Shown here piece after piece: positions 24,640 through 36,557 of a DNA stretch of 64,000 nucleotides. How positions within the stretch are numbered: position 1 is the first letter of the stretch; the number at the start of each line of letters is the position of its first letter. The DNA is from Coniocarpon cinnabarinum (Eukaryota). The stretch spans positions 1 through 64,000 of the forward strand of contig JAVECO010000082.1 in assembly GCA_051942205.1 (NCBI GenBank), written 5' to 3'. Made by a program: the position numbers and the translations under genes. A model generated the notes under the pieces. That model did no database searches. It was not told the DNA's origin and saw nothing but the letters and a program-made list of their open reading frames with translations.

Positions 24640-26114
24640 CTAAGCGTGCAGGTCGTAGGGTATTTGAGATGACTTGTCAAAGTCGAACATGCCATGAGTA
24701 GAGTCCCACTGCCAAGCGAGAAAGCGCCAATTGAGATCTTCACGCCAGAACATACCGTACTTGAGGCCCTCAGCTGTGCTGATTCCGCGAGGGTCCAAGC
24801 TGCCATTCTTGGGTTCCGCCGGATGAGTAAATTTCTTGTGGCCGCATTGTCGTCTTGTCGAGCGCTCAGATAGCATGCCTCCAGTCTCTTTGATAGCGCG
24901 GCGGAACACGACACCTCCGACACGGGAATGGACAAGTGCCATGCTGCACATCAGGCAAGGTTCATGAGTCGTGAACACGAGCAAGTCAAGGCAGAGGTAT
25001 CCATTTGGTGACAAAGTGTCGGAACTTGTGAAGTATTTGGCCTCAGTCCCAGTCATGCTCCCCTGAAAAGCGGGAATGTCCTGCGCTGGGGTGTGCAAGG
25101 CTGGTGACATGCTGGCCATTGCAAGTCGCTTGTCAGCAACCATAGCAATGGCACGCAGGACTGAATGTGCTGCGGGATTTCCCGCAGGCCCATGCTGGGC
25201 ATTGGTGCCGTAACGAGCATCCCCTGCAACACACACCACATGCTCTGTGCCATTCTTGAGCCTCTCCACAACGACGGTGCCAATGGGAGCACCTTTCCCA
25301 GACTTGTGAGACTGGCGAGCAATGTCATGAGCAAGTTTCATCCACCTGTCGACATTGCCATTCTTTTCCAGGGCTGTCGTAGACTTCGTGACAATAGTGG
25401 GATGGGGCCCGAACGGATTGGTGCTCGTGTAGACGGTAGGCCAGAATTTTTTGCTCAGCTGATTGGCGTGTTTGGCAGACAGTGGAGGATGACGAGGGAC
25501 GGGTATTGTGAGAACAGTAGCAGCAGACTCGCCGAATACAGACGTGCCGGACAACAAGAGTGTCATGTCTTCAAGCGAGAGCGCCTCCACTGGACAAAGC
25601 AAGATCCATAGTTTCCCCTCACCAGGGGAGGAATTGGAAGCTAAGATGTCCGGTTGATTCTTGTGCTTGGCAACACGCCGCAAGTGTTGCATAGAAGAGT
25701 CCTGGGCAGCGATGTGTTTGAGCGCCCTTGGAAGGGCCAGTCAGTAGAGCTGTGAAGAGAAGAGTGGACCCCTGACCAGAGTCACTTGAGGTTGCACGTT
25801 GGTCACTCACTCAATGATCTCGCCCGTTGCTTTTACTGGAATCTCACAAACGTACACATTGACTGAGAACGTGTTAGCAATTCCCATCATCTCGAGGCCT
25901 CTGAGGCACACAAACCCTGTTCACTACTCTTTTCTACCTCCGCCCGCGTCCTCAGCGGAGTCAGTCGGTGAGTAGCGTGACGAGAGCCGCCGCCACGCAT
26001 TTCGTCTGACAAGTCTTCGTCGCTAGAGTACAAGGGAGAGGATTGGGCAGTGAAGAATTGATCTTCATCCTCCTCTTCTGAAGAAGATGAAGCTGGTGAA
26101 GATGAGGAAGGCAT
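24640..26114 (-). CDS. TAD3: tRNA-specific adenosine deaminase non-catalytic subunit Tad3, 3 exons
   Basis: Motifs HLRRV, FWPT, AHSVLRAI (HSV replacing HAE), YLCLDL..THEPCLMCSMALVHSR, LNWRFLAW. Confidence 0.92.
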
Positions 26115-26680
26115 GTTGGAGCACTTGTGGTGCACTTAGCAACAGGCGCGGAAGGTGTTTGTCGTAGATTTTGGCAAAGCAGGCGCCTTCTAAGTGACCG
26201 CTCGTCTGGTCTTCTGCACCGCCTGGTAGGCTCGACCCCTCCCAGCGTAACTTCCCACATCCATCAATACCTTCCTTCCCACATCAACGACGCAAATTAG
26301 ACGCCCCAATACACTCATATTCCTGTCAAGCATCTCACAAGAATGCTGCTGGTGATGCAGGATGGGCACGTGTATAGCTCCTTGGTGTCCTTTAGATGCG
26401 CCTATAGTGCTCGGAGTTAACGGATTTTATAATTACGTAATCCTCCTTCGAGCGGTGTAATACTTTGTTAATGCCTACACACGTGCAAAGCTGTGATGCA
26501 AGCGACTGGCGCGTTGCACAGCTCTTGATGTCTCATCGGAAGCGAGTGCGAAATACAATGTTACCAATCGCTGACTTGCACCAAGCATTGGGTGATGGAA
26601 AGGTTGCACGGATGACCCTCGAGCTTGATGGACCAAGCCCGTCTCCCTTCATTTCTGACGGTAAACATACAATGTTCTGT

Positions 26681-28300
26681 TCAGGACGCATTCACATTGC
26701 GTTTGTAAGTGTGCATGACGTGGGCGTTGCAGTAGGCGAGTATCCCATTCTTTCCCCACTCGCCGCCAATACCGCTCTCCTTAACGCCCCCAAAGAAGGC
26801 TTCCGGTGATGGCTTCTCGAAGCTGTTGACGAACACGGAGCCAGACTCGATTCGCTGAGCAATCCGCTGAGCCCGTGCAATGTCTTTGCCGTACACACAT
26901 GCCGCCAGCCCGGTATTCGTATCGTTCGCACGAGCAATGACGTCCTCTTCGTCCGACCAAGGCTGGCAAGGAACGATCGGACCTGTGTTCAGGGTCAGCA
27001 CTTGTAAGACGATTGCAGCTGTCACAGGCATCAACCTACCGAAAGGCTCTTCAGACCAGATTTTGGAGTCACTCGGCGGGTTATCGATGATTGTGGGGTT
27101 CACAAAATATCCTTTACTGGCAGCAACATCTGGATCGCCATGTGCGAACTTGTAGCCCTGCTTCTTAGAGTCTTCAAAGAATCCCTTGACCTTCTCGTAC
27201 TGCATGGAATTTTGGATAGGTCCAAGCATAACCCCTTCCTCGGAAGACGGACCGACCTTAAAGGTCTTGGTCACCTCGATCATGGCAGCCAGGAATTCTT
27301 TGTAAATATCTTGGTGTACAAAGATGCGCTTGGAGTCAACGCACACCTGACCACTGTTGAACCACGCCCCAGTCGAACATTCCTTTGCGGTGGTTGGTAT
27401 GTCGACATCGGGCAGAACAATGGCGGGATCGTTTCCGCCAAGTTCCAACGTCACACGCTTCAAGGTGCCAGCACATGCGGCCATGACTTTCTTGCCAGTT
27501 GCGATGGAGCCAGTGAAGGAGATCTTAGCAATATCGGGATGGTGGGTCAGCATGGGTCCAATGGCATCATCGCCGCCCACGGCTTGCACGAGACCAGGAG
27601 GAAAGACTTCTTGAGCGAGTTCTACAGCTTTGAGTCCTGAGTATGGCGTGAACGGCGAAGGCTTAATGATAATAGCACATCCAGAGACGACTGCTGGAGC
27701 CACCTTGCCGCCGATAGAAAGTGTCAAAGGAAAGTTCCAAGGGATTATTCCTCCCACAACACCAAGCGGCTTGTAGGTGGTTGTGACGACTTTGTCCTCA
27801 TCCTCGTAATGTTCTTCTGGCATGTCTAAACCAAGGTGCCAATTCCACCATTTGAGCACCCCGCCACTTTCCGCTTCTGCACCATACTTCGGCTTGCCAC
27901 ACTCTTTCATAATCAACTCAGTAAACTGATCCATGTGCGCCTTGAAGAGCTTGACAAATTTTTTGCACACTTCTTTACGTTCTGCTAGAGACTTTCGTCC
28001 CCACTCCTTCTGTGCTCGCTTGCCAGCGGCCACAGCATCGTTGACGTCTTGCTCACTGCCAATGGGTACATCCCACAATTTCTCCTTTGTAGAGGGGTTG
28101 ATGCCATTCTGTGATACATCAAGTCAACTCTAGGTGTGCAAAAAGGAAGTGGCAGGACAGTCACTGCATTGGCATCCCTCTGCTTCGTATCGCAAGAGAA
28201 ATCGGAGCAAGGTCGATAGACTCACGTGAGTGCGGGAGCTGCCACGCTGCTTGCCGTCAATGATGTTATAATATTTGTCAAATGCGAGAGATGGCGCCAT
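26681..28300 (-). CDS. NAD(P)-dependent aldehyde dehydrogenase, 3 exons
   Basis: Motifs PWNFP, KPSPFTP, FTGSIATG, LELGGND, catalytic Cys in GQVC, EEPFG, FGGVKESG. Confidence 0.95.
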
Positions 28301-29021
28301 GACGGGTATCTTATCAAGTTCGGCGTTCAGAAGATGTTGCCTTTTGATTTTTGAAAATGCTCTACACCTAAGTGAAAGGGTTCCATAGCAGTGACGGCAT
28401 GGGCTTTATGTGGAAAAGGTAGGTGAGCCAGGCCAAAGTGCGGCGTCGCAGTCGTCATAGCGGGGTTCAGTGGAAACATGACGGTCAAGCATATCGAAAC
28501 GTGCGGCGTCACTACAGGGATAATTGCCCGCTCGAGATCAAGACGCCGCAGGAAGCGTGCATAACCGTTCCGCTCCAAGCAGCCTTTACGACAGCAATTC
28601 TTCCCATCACATACCGTCTGTTTGAAGCTTCTGCAGCCGAGGTCATCGTGACCGCTTCATCTTTGGAAGCCCCACTACCGAAGCCACTAACCAAACCAAA
28701 AAAAAGCTCTTCGCCCAAGTGAGGACCGGTCTTGCAAGCGATTAGGGAAGCAAGTGGCGAGAAAGGGAGTTTGTGCTACGCGACGCGACGCTTCCCATCA
28801 ACGTTTTGGTGAATGCAGGGGCACGAGGCTCATCAATGGGACCCCCAAAAAAAGCCAGATCGTGATGATCGTCACATTCATTTGTGTGCCTAGCCTCTTG
28901 GCTAAGCTAGCACTCTACACGGTCTAGTCGTCATGCCCATCGCATCAAGCTTGGAATTGGTCTTGGTTCTCGGCGCGTCTCGCGACAGCAAGTCGTGCCA
29001 GAGTTGGGCGGGCGCTGTTAT

Positions 29022-29950
29022 CTACAGATCGGGGTCGTCTTCGTCTGGCAACGGTTGCATCTCGGCCTGCTTCAACTCATTTTGGTACTGCTCCATGACT
29101 TCTTGATCCAATTTCACTTCTGGTGGGGCGAGCGCAGGCTCGGCGACGAATTCCTACTTGACGTTAGTGTTGGTGCTCCTCTGGGTGGTTTTTCTCGAGC
29201 AGTCATCATACCAAGGTGGTGTTGCCGACAAGTTTTCGCGCGAGCCAGAGGAATGGCTTTTCAAAATTGTAGTTGGACTTCGCGGAAATGTCGTAGTATT
29301 GCAAGTTCTTCTTTCGGTGGAAGGTAATTGTCTTGGCCTTGACCTTTCGCTCTTTCACGTCGACCTTGTTGCCAGTGAGGACAATGGGAATGTTCTCGCA
29401 CACGCGGACGAGGTCACCTGGGACGATGTCGTTAGCGTAGTGCAAAATTGCTGCTGCGTTGCACACTCACGATGCCAATTTGGCACGTTCTTGTATGTGA
29501 TGCGAGAGGTCACATCGAACATGATAATGCCACACTGTCCATTGATGTAGTACCCGTCACGCAGACCACCAAACTTTTCTTGGCCAGCGGTGTCCCATAC
29601 GTCGAAGATGATCGGTCCCAGGTTCTGCAAAAATTCGTCAGACTGTCGCAGACAAATGTGTACGTTGAAGTGGTGCACCAACAGTGGTGAAACCCAGTGG
29701 GTGGACTTCTACGCCCAAAGTCGCGATATACTTCTTTTCAAACTCGCCTGTCAAGTGGCGCTTCACAAAAGTCGTCTAAAGACAGCATCAGTGTCAGCCT
29801 CTTCTTGTACCTTTTACGAGTTGAACAAGCCCGACTCACTTTGCCCGTACCCCCGTCGCCAACCAAGACGAGCTTGAACGTCGGGGCTTGGTTTTGGCCT
29901 TGGGTTTGGCCTTGGCCCAGCTGAGCAGCTCCTTGCGCTTCGGCGGCCAT
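29022..29950 (-). CDS. GSP1: Ran GTPase (Gsp1/Spi1), 5 exons
   Basis: Motifs [46 protein letters not shown]; acidic tail [10 protein letters not shown]. Confidence 0.98.
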
Positions 29951-30429
29951 GACCACGCGAAACGACGATAAATTGTTCAATCAGATATACGGAGCAATTT
30001 CTGGAAATTCTCAAAGAAGGAAGTCCTGGGTATTGTAGGTAGGATTGGGTGATTGAAGTGAAGATTTAGTGGTTGCTAAGGTGGAAACAGCAAAGAGCAA
30101 GCTAGGCCGAGTTAAATAATCGTGACACGGGTACAGCATCTAATTGTCTGCTCACCCAATACCTATCTAACCGCCTAATGCTTACTACATGCACCATGCC
30201 TTGAGTGCCTGCTGCAGCCTTATAGTCCCGACACCACTACCTGCTCTCGTTCCTGCTCGCAGGCACGTAAATTTGGAATAATACTGCACATTCGTTACGA
30301 GCACTGTGAGGTGTCAACTATAAATGCCTCATGAAGGCGTGTAAGACACTCTTGTAGGTATAGAATACATTATATCTCGTGGCGTGTTCCATAGTACAGT
30401 ATATGTTGAGTCCTCCGATGATTCTCTGT

Positions 30430-31238
30430 TTACTCAGGCACTAGATGACACCCAAGCAAACCTCGACCCCCCCATCCTCTGCGTGGTGTCAATGTTAATC
30501 TACGGGAAGTCCATGTAGCAGCCCAGGCATCGGGCCGGAGTAAAATGACCTGAATAGGACGCTGAACATGTTAGTGGATCTTCCACAGCGCACTGATACG
30601 GAATTGTTCCACGACTTACTCCCTCACTCTGTGACACAATCTGTGCGACTTTGCTCAGTCTCTCGTTGTTGAGCCAATCAGCATCACCGAATTGTTCGAT
30701 CCTATCTCCTGCACGAAGTCCGGCTTGCTCGGCAGGGCTTCTCAGCTCGACAGAGTTGACCTTCGCAAAAGTGTTGCCTGTCGACATTGGAACGTCACTC
30801 GGGTTTTCTGAGACCCCTTGCTGAGCAGAGGTCTGAGGAGCGTGTGCCTTGCCCGAGGCGAAGTGCGCTTCGAGCCCTTTCTCGATCCCCTTCATCAAAT
30901 CCTTATGATCATTCCGCAGATGTATGATGCGCGCTCTTGTAGTGCGTACTGTTCACCGATCAGAACCAATCCCATCTCTTCATGAAGGGTACTTGTTAGT
31001 TACTTTGAGCAACGTCTATGTCGGCCCGCGGATAGCCATCGAAGGTTGTGAGGCTAGTGTTCATGTTCACACGGTGCGAATCGAGGACCGAGCCAAGTGC
31101 CTTTAGCTCCTCTTCTAGATTGTCCTTCTGTGCAATCAACTCTTGCAGGGATGGTTCTGCAACGGGTGAGGCCGACTCAGTTTCATGGTTCGAAGCCACA
31201 GAGGGATCATGGATGTTGTTAAACATGGGCAAGCCCAT
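30430..31238 (-). CDS. NAS2: 26S proteasome assembly chaperone Nas2/p27 (PSMD9), 3 exons
   Basis: Motif LTTFDGYPRADIDV; PDZ-like SPAEQAGLRAGD; C-terminal WGGRGLLGCHL. Confidence 0.93.
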
Positions 31239-31731
31239 ATTCTGTGAGTCTGAGATCCCGCGATGAAACGCAACTGTCTCTCAACAATGAAGAATCTATG
31301 GTGGGATAGGCAAGAAAGTATTCTGATCTGTGTACTCCGTACGTGGGAGGTGACGCAGCGCCGCGTGGGGCATACGCAACTGCGGTTCACCAGGGTAGGT
31401 TTCCAACAAACCTTGCGAGCCCACAGGCCGGAAGTCAGAGCACTTCAACCTATCAAATTGAGAGCTTCTCGAAGGTCTTTGGAGAAAGTTGAAGTTCATG
31501 ACATACATCCTATGCAATATGTTGCTGTCAAGCTACTCGTCGAATCTCAAGACTTGGTTGTACCTTATTCGCTCTTTCCTGCCGCATCATGAATTTTGCG
31601 AACAAAGCTGTGCTTGACTGTTAAAACCCTGCATATACATCACACATTTACGAGTCAGTCGCTCGATATAACTGACTCCTGTTTTTGGCAGAGTCTCTCG
31701 TCGTGTCCGCTAACTGGCGAGCGGCTGTTCA

Positions 31732-32889
31732 ATGCTCGGCGAACGCTGGCAGCTGGCAGACACTGCGCTGTATGATGTCCGACAGACTCAAGCCTCGGGT
31801 AGAGCTGTTTTTGCGAGAGATTGCATAGACGCTGGACGTCTCGTGTTGACAACAAGTCCTGAAATATCACCTGTGGCCCACGTAGTATTGAGACCGTATC
31901 GGCGCGAAACGTGCGCCTTTTGTTTTGAGTACGATCGGGGGCGACAGTGGAAAATTCGCAACAGACCAGCTGGTGTGGCATTCTGCAGCGAGGAATGTCA
32001 TCAGTCGTGGACGAAGAGTGTCGCGACCATCGGCCTTGAAGCACATGAAGTCGTCGAAAGTTCGATAAAAAAGCAGCAACGCAGACTCGGCGGGAATGCT
32101 GTTGATGGCTCTGATGGCGATGCAGAAATGGGGGGTTTGGCGCAGAACACATCAGGTCCCGAAGGAATATCGCTCACTGTAAACCAGATCAATGCAGAAT
32201 GGCACGCTGCAACTGAGAAGGGCAGATTGATCACGTCGGCGCGCTCGAAAGCCAAGGCATCAAAAGCCGAGAAAACCGCGTTGCGCGAGATAGCCGAAAG
32301 TACTGTGGACGCAGATGTACCGTTCTACTTATTGTCAGGAGTTCTTACTGCCTATCAAACAGCAAAGGACAAAGGTTTGCCTCCAGCATCCGTAAAAGAG
32401 TTGATTCCTTCTCTGGTATCGCTGGTTCAAGACGACACCGTGTTTTCGAGCTCTGCAACTCTACATGGCTACATGCAAGGATATCTGCTTCTCCTGTCTC
32501 TGCTTCCTTTACCATTGCTGCCTTTCGTCCAACCAGACCTATGCCGAGAGTTGGCAGCAAGGGCGTCGCACAGCGCTTTCTCTATTCGCCCTTCTGGCGA
32601 CGGAGAACACAGTGCGGAGTTCTTAGGCTGGGGCGTGTGGCCAGAAATCTCAATGTGTAACCATTCGTGTACGCCAAACCTGAGAAAGGAGAGGAAGGGC
32701 AGGCAGTGGCGGTTTATCGTAGCTGACTCGTCCAGAAAGCCTGCTGTGCCTAAGGGCGAAGAATTATGTATTACCTATCTTGGTGGGGACGAGAGAGAGC
32801 TCAATGTCATCGAGAGACGTAGACGACTCCAGAACGAGTGGGGGTTTCATTGTCTCTGTGCTCGTTGTGTAGAGGAGAGTGCCTCTTAG
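31732..32889 (+). CDS. SET-domain (SMYD/Set6-like) lysine methyltransferase
   Basis: GRAVFA, MYND-like CAFC..FCSEEC, NHSCTPN, GEELCITYL and post-SET FHCLCARC. Confidence 0.88.
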   Translation: MLGERWQLADTALYDVRQTQASGRAVFARDCIDAGRLVLTTSPEISPVAHVVLRPYRRETCAFCFEYDRGRQWKIRNRPAGVAFCSEECHQSWTKSVATIGLEAHEVVESSIKKQQRRLGGNAVDGSDGDAEMGGLAQNTSGPEGISLTVNQINAEWHAATEKGRLITSARSKAKASKAEKTALREIAESTVDADVPFYLLSGVLTAYQTAKDKGLPPASVKELIPSLVSLVQDDTVFSSSATLHGYMQGYLLLLSLLPLPLLPFVQPDLCRELAARASHSAFSIRPSGDGEHSAEFLGWGVWPEISMCNHSCTPNLRKERKGRQWRFIVADSSRKPAVPKGEELCITYLGGDERELNVIERRRRLQNEWGFHCLCARCVEESAS

Positions 32890-32933
32890 CGACCCCTTCG
32901 CGCATTGCATGAGGATTGATTGAGCTGCCAACG

Positions 32934-34623
32934 CTATGATGAGAGCGTGCCAACCGGATAAGCGCTAGGAACACAACGATTTAAGGATAATCGAGGAACG
33001 CTTTGGAAGTGGCAATTCGTAACAGGTTGCTCTGCAAGGAATGGATGCTCATTGCTGCCCAGCAATCTCTCTACGTGAGCGGCTATTTGAAGCAATCTTG
33101 GCTCCGCATACGGCCGTCCCAGAAGCTCAAATCCGATTGGCACACCCCTAGGTGCATCTGCGTTGGGCGACGAGCTAGCGACTGGGAACGCAACTACGGG
33201 ACTTCCTGTCAATGCACCTAGAATACCATTGCGACCGTACTGATTTTGGGAGCCGGTTTTTACCACTAGGTTGACTTGTTCTGGATAAAGCAATGCATCA
33301 AGTCTATGCTCGCTCAGTGTTTTGGTCAAGGACATTTTGAGTTCTTCGATGCCCTGCAACCGCTTCTCGTATTCGTCCCGTGACAACGAACCCTCTACGG
33401 CGTGTTTTACCATGCCGTACTGTGCCGGAATCACCATGAAATGAGGAGTTTGGTATAGGTTTGGCATGCTTTTGGGATACTGGCCTTCCATCTCTGGTCT
33501 CTGAAGATGCTTTGTAAGCTGGTCACGGTACTCAAAGCCGTGCACTGCCAGGTCTACCAGGATCTTTTGGCTGTCGTACATTTCACTTGATATCGAAATA
33601 ACTTCAGCCCCTGCCTGTTGAAGCTGATGGCACAGCTTGACAACAGCTTCGCTGACCGGTGAAGTCTCTGGACAAAGCTCTTTGGGCAGGAAACCCTCAA
33701 CCAGGCCGAGTCGCGCACCCGTGAGATTACCAGTCTCCAGCAACGCCACGTAGTCTTTTCGAAGTGATTGCGTCAAAGTCACGTCATCTTGGGGATCAGG
33801 ACCGACACTGGCTATGATGCCCAGGCCCTGCGCTACATCTTTAACACATCTTCCCATCATCCCCACGGCGTCCTGAGTGTAACTAAAAGGTACCTGTCCC
33901 ACGATGAGCAATGTACAGATGTCAGTCTCATCACCAGAAAGTACTTACGACGCCACTTCGACTGATCAGACCCCTTGACGGTCTGCAACTCACGACGCCG
34001 TTCGCGCTAGCAGGGCTGCGCAAGCTATTTATCGTATCGGTTCCAGTAGCCAGCAAACAAAATCCGGCTGCAAGAGCGGCTCCAGAGCCTCCAGAAGAGC
34101 CGCCTGGTGTCCGAGTCAGGTCCCATGGGTTCAACGTCTGCCCTCCAAGGCTGGACACAGTCAGACCCTCAAGCGCAAGCTCGTGCATGTTCACTTTCCC
34201 GAGAATAATCGCACCGGCTTGTTTCAGAGCGCGCACGGTAGGTGCCTCCGTCGTTGGATAACAGTCTTTCAGAGCAAGGCAGCCTGCAGTGGTCGCCATG
34301 GGTGGGCAGTCGAAATTGTCTTTCAGGATCGTGGGAACGGCAAAGAGAGGCTTGGTTTTGATAAGCTCAGGGACATCGTCACAGTTCGATAGTTCATAAT
34401 CAAGATCCCTAGCTTGCTCGAGGACAAGTGGATTGAGACATATCATGGCGTTGATTGTGGGATCTAGGGCCACGATGCGTGACAAGTAGCGGTCGACAAT
34501 GTCTTTGACTGAACGTCTTCTTATTTTCAGGACGGCGTGGACGTCTGAAATAGTTGCTGTAACGGGATCAAAAAAGGGGTTCTCCTGTCCTGCTCCTGCC
34601 ATGAAAGCTTGATCTGACTGCAT
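32934..34623 (-). CDS. Amidase-signature family enzyme, 2 exons (start 34623 or 34602)
   Basis: Motifs LKDN, GKVNMHE, TPGGSSGGSG and GTDTINSLRSPAS; intron at ~33948-33894. Confidence 0.9.
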
Positions 34624-35242
34624 GTCTCGAAATAGTACCAAATAGGGAGTATACCAGGAATACTTATCTTCACGTTGACTTTTATAAGAATAACATCTCA
34701 AATGCGCAGGTTCATCAGATACCTGATGACGTTCCATGGGAGTTTGTTTATGGCATTACAGCGCAACAAAACCTTGAAAAGCTCTCGCATTCCAGTCCAT
34801 ATATTACCTCACCACCTCAACCCGCCTTCAAGGTATACAACGATTGGAAACGCATTCCGCGTCACAATTGTTGCGTGCCGTGGCGCAAGAGAGGACAAAG
34901 GACGCTACTCAGCCCACGCCTAAACACTATCAGGTACCGAGTGGATCTGCCGTGGCGCCAACGATTTTAGCGGTTTCCCCAGACTGGTGGAGGCCCAAAA
35001 AGAAATAAAAGGCATTGCGGTGAGTGCGGATCGAACGCACGACCTTCAGATAGTCTGAAACTGAAGTTTCTCTTCAGTCTGACGCTCTCCCAGCTGAGCT
35101 ATCCCCGCTTTGTTTGAAAAAATATATCAAAATTATAATATAATCTGCAATCTTGCTACATTACGTCTTATACTGACCGGTGGAGCAGACACGGCAGGAA
35201 CATTGAATCCCTCGGGCATGTTCACGATTCTCAACAAACTCC

Positions 35243-36487
35243 ATGCTTACCCTCACTCAGAGCAACGACTATCTCGTCGATCCCCAACGCCCCTACGTTT
35301 ACACTGTCCTCCCACTCTCCTTACATGATTCTCCAATTCAAAGGTTTGCAATAACAACCTCGTTGTCAACCCTATACGTCGTCAAAGCCTCGGGCGGCGC
35401 CTACTCACTCTCAGCTCCTCCTCACACAAACATCCACAACAGCGTCACCTCCCTCGCTGATTTCGGCGCCCGGGGTGCTTCTGGTTCACGTTTCTTAACA
35501 GCCGGCCGTGATGGGCGGGTGCGCTGGTGGTACTTCTATCATGACGATGCGGAAGTCAACGAAAGCCGTATATTTCGAACACCCGCGGGACAGCCAATCT
35601 CTGCGCTCGCGGCTTCGGCAGCGAGTGGACTCATCGTAGCGGGGACCGAACACCAGGATGAAGGTCTTGGCAATGTCTCTGTGTTCGTTTGGGATATCTC
35701 TTCAACTCAGGATACGCCTATCCGCAACTATAGTCAGAGTCACAGCGATACCATCACGTGTCTAGCCTTCATACCGCCCATTCAGAGAAACGGTGAGATA
35801 ACAGAGAGGTTTCTCAGTGCATCGACGGATGGGCTAGTCCAAGTCTTCGACGTGAATGAGGCAGACGAGGATGAAGCTGTCAGCGTCACTGTCAACACTG
35901 GTGGGCCTGTAAATCATGTGCTACCGGTTGTGGTCTTTGGACAAGGAGTTGGGGTATGGAGTATGAGTCAGGACGAGCGATTGAGATTTGATTGGCTGGA
36001 GGATGAGGCGACTGGAGGCATTGAGGGCATTGACGTGAGAGAGGCATTAAGTGTTGATTACACAATTGGCTTGAGACCTGTCGGGACACGTGACGAGCAT
36101 GGCGGTGTGGTGGTTTTGGCGGGACGAAACAAGACAGAGGAGGACGCTCCATGTATTGTTGCTGCAAAGTTTGGCAGAGGGCAAGAGGCAGTGCAGAGTG
36201 AGCTGATGCTGAGGTTGGAAGGCGGACATGGGGAGGAGGTTGTAAGGGACCTGTGGGTGAATGATGCAGTTTGGGAGGGCGAATTTAAGGGCCTGGCGGC
36301 GGTGAGTGTGGGCGAGGACGGTATGGTCAAGTTATGGAGCACGCACGATGAGACCGGCGTAAGACAGGGCGAGGATGTCAATATGGACGATGTCGAGGAG
36401 CGGAACGACGACGAGGATGTAGTGAGCAAGAAAAAGAAGCACAAGAAAGAGAAAGTTGCCAAGGGCGATAGGTTCGCGCCGTACTAG
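35243..36487 (+). CDS. WD40-repeat protein, WDR89-like
   Basis: Motifs HSDTITCL, LSASTDGLV, GGHGEEVVRD and GEDGMVKLW; C-terminal RFAPY. Confidence 0.8.
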   Translation: MLTLTQSNDYLVDPQRPYVYTVLPLSLHDSPIQRFAITTSLSTLYVVKASGGAYSLSAPPHTNIHNSVTSLADFGARGASGSRFLTAGRDGRVRWWYFYHDDAEVNESRIFRTPAGQPISALAASAASGLIVAGTEHQDEGLGNVSVFVWDISSTQDTPIRNYSQSHSDTITCLAFIPPIQRNGEITERFLSASTDGLVQVFDVNEADEDEAVSVTVNTGGPVNHVLPVVVFGQGVGVWSMSQDERLRFDWLEDEATGGIEGIDVREALSVDYTIGLRPVGTRDEHGGVVVLAGRNKTEEDAPCIVAAKFGRGQEAVQSELMLRLEGGHGEEVVRDLWVNDAVWEGEFKGLAAVSVGEDGMVKLWSTHDETGVRQGEDVNMDDVEERNDDEDVVSKKKKHKKEKVAKGDRFAPY

Positions 36488-36557
36488 CACTCAAAGCAGG
36501 CACCTGAGAAGTGCATTTGCATGGCAGCGGAGGCCATGCGCTTCAAGACTAATGCAA

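Noticed and set aside
25100..25190. TAD3 lacking the catalytic Glu (HSV)
   Set aside because: Expected for Tad3/ADAT3; not evidence of pseudogenisation.
28461..28675. CreA-type SYGGRG sites upstream of the aldehyde dehydrogenase
   Set aside because: 6-bp degenerate motif expected by chance; not supportable alone.
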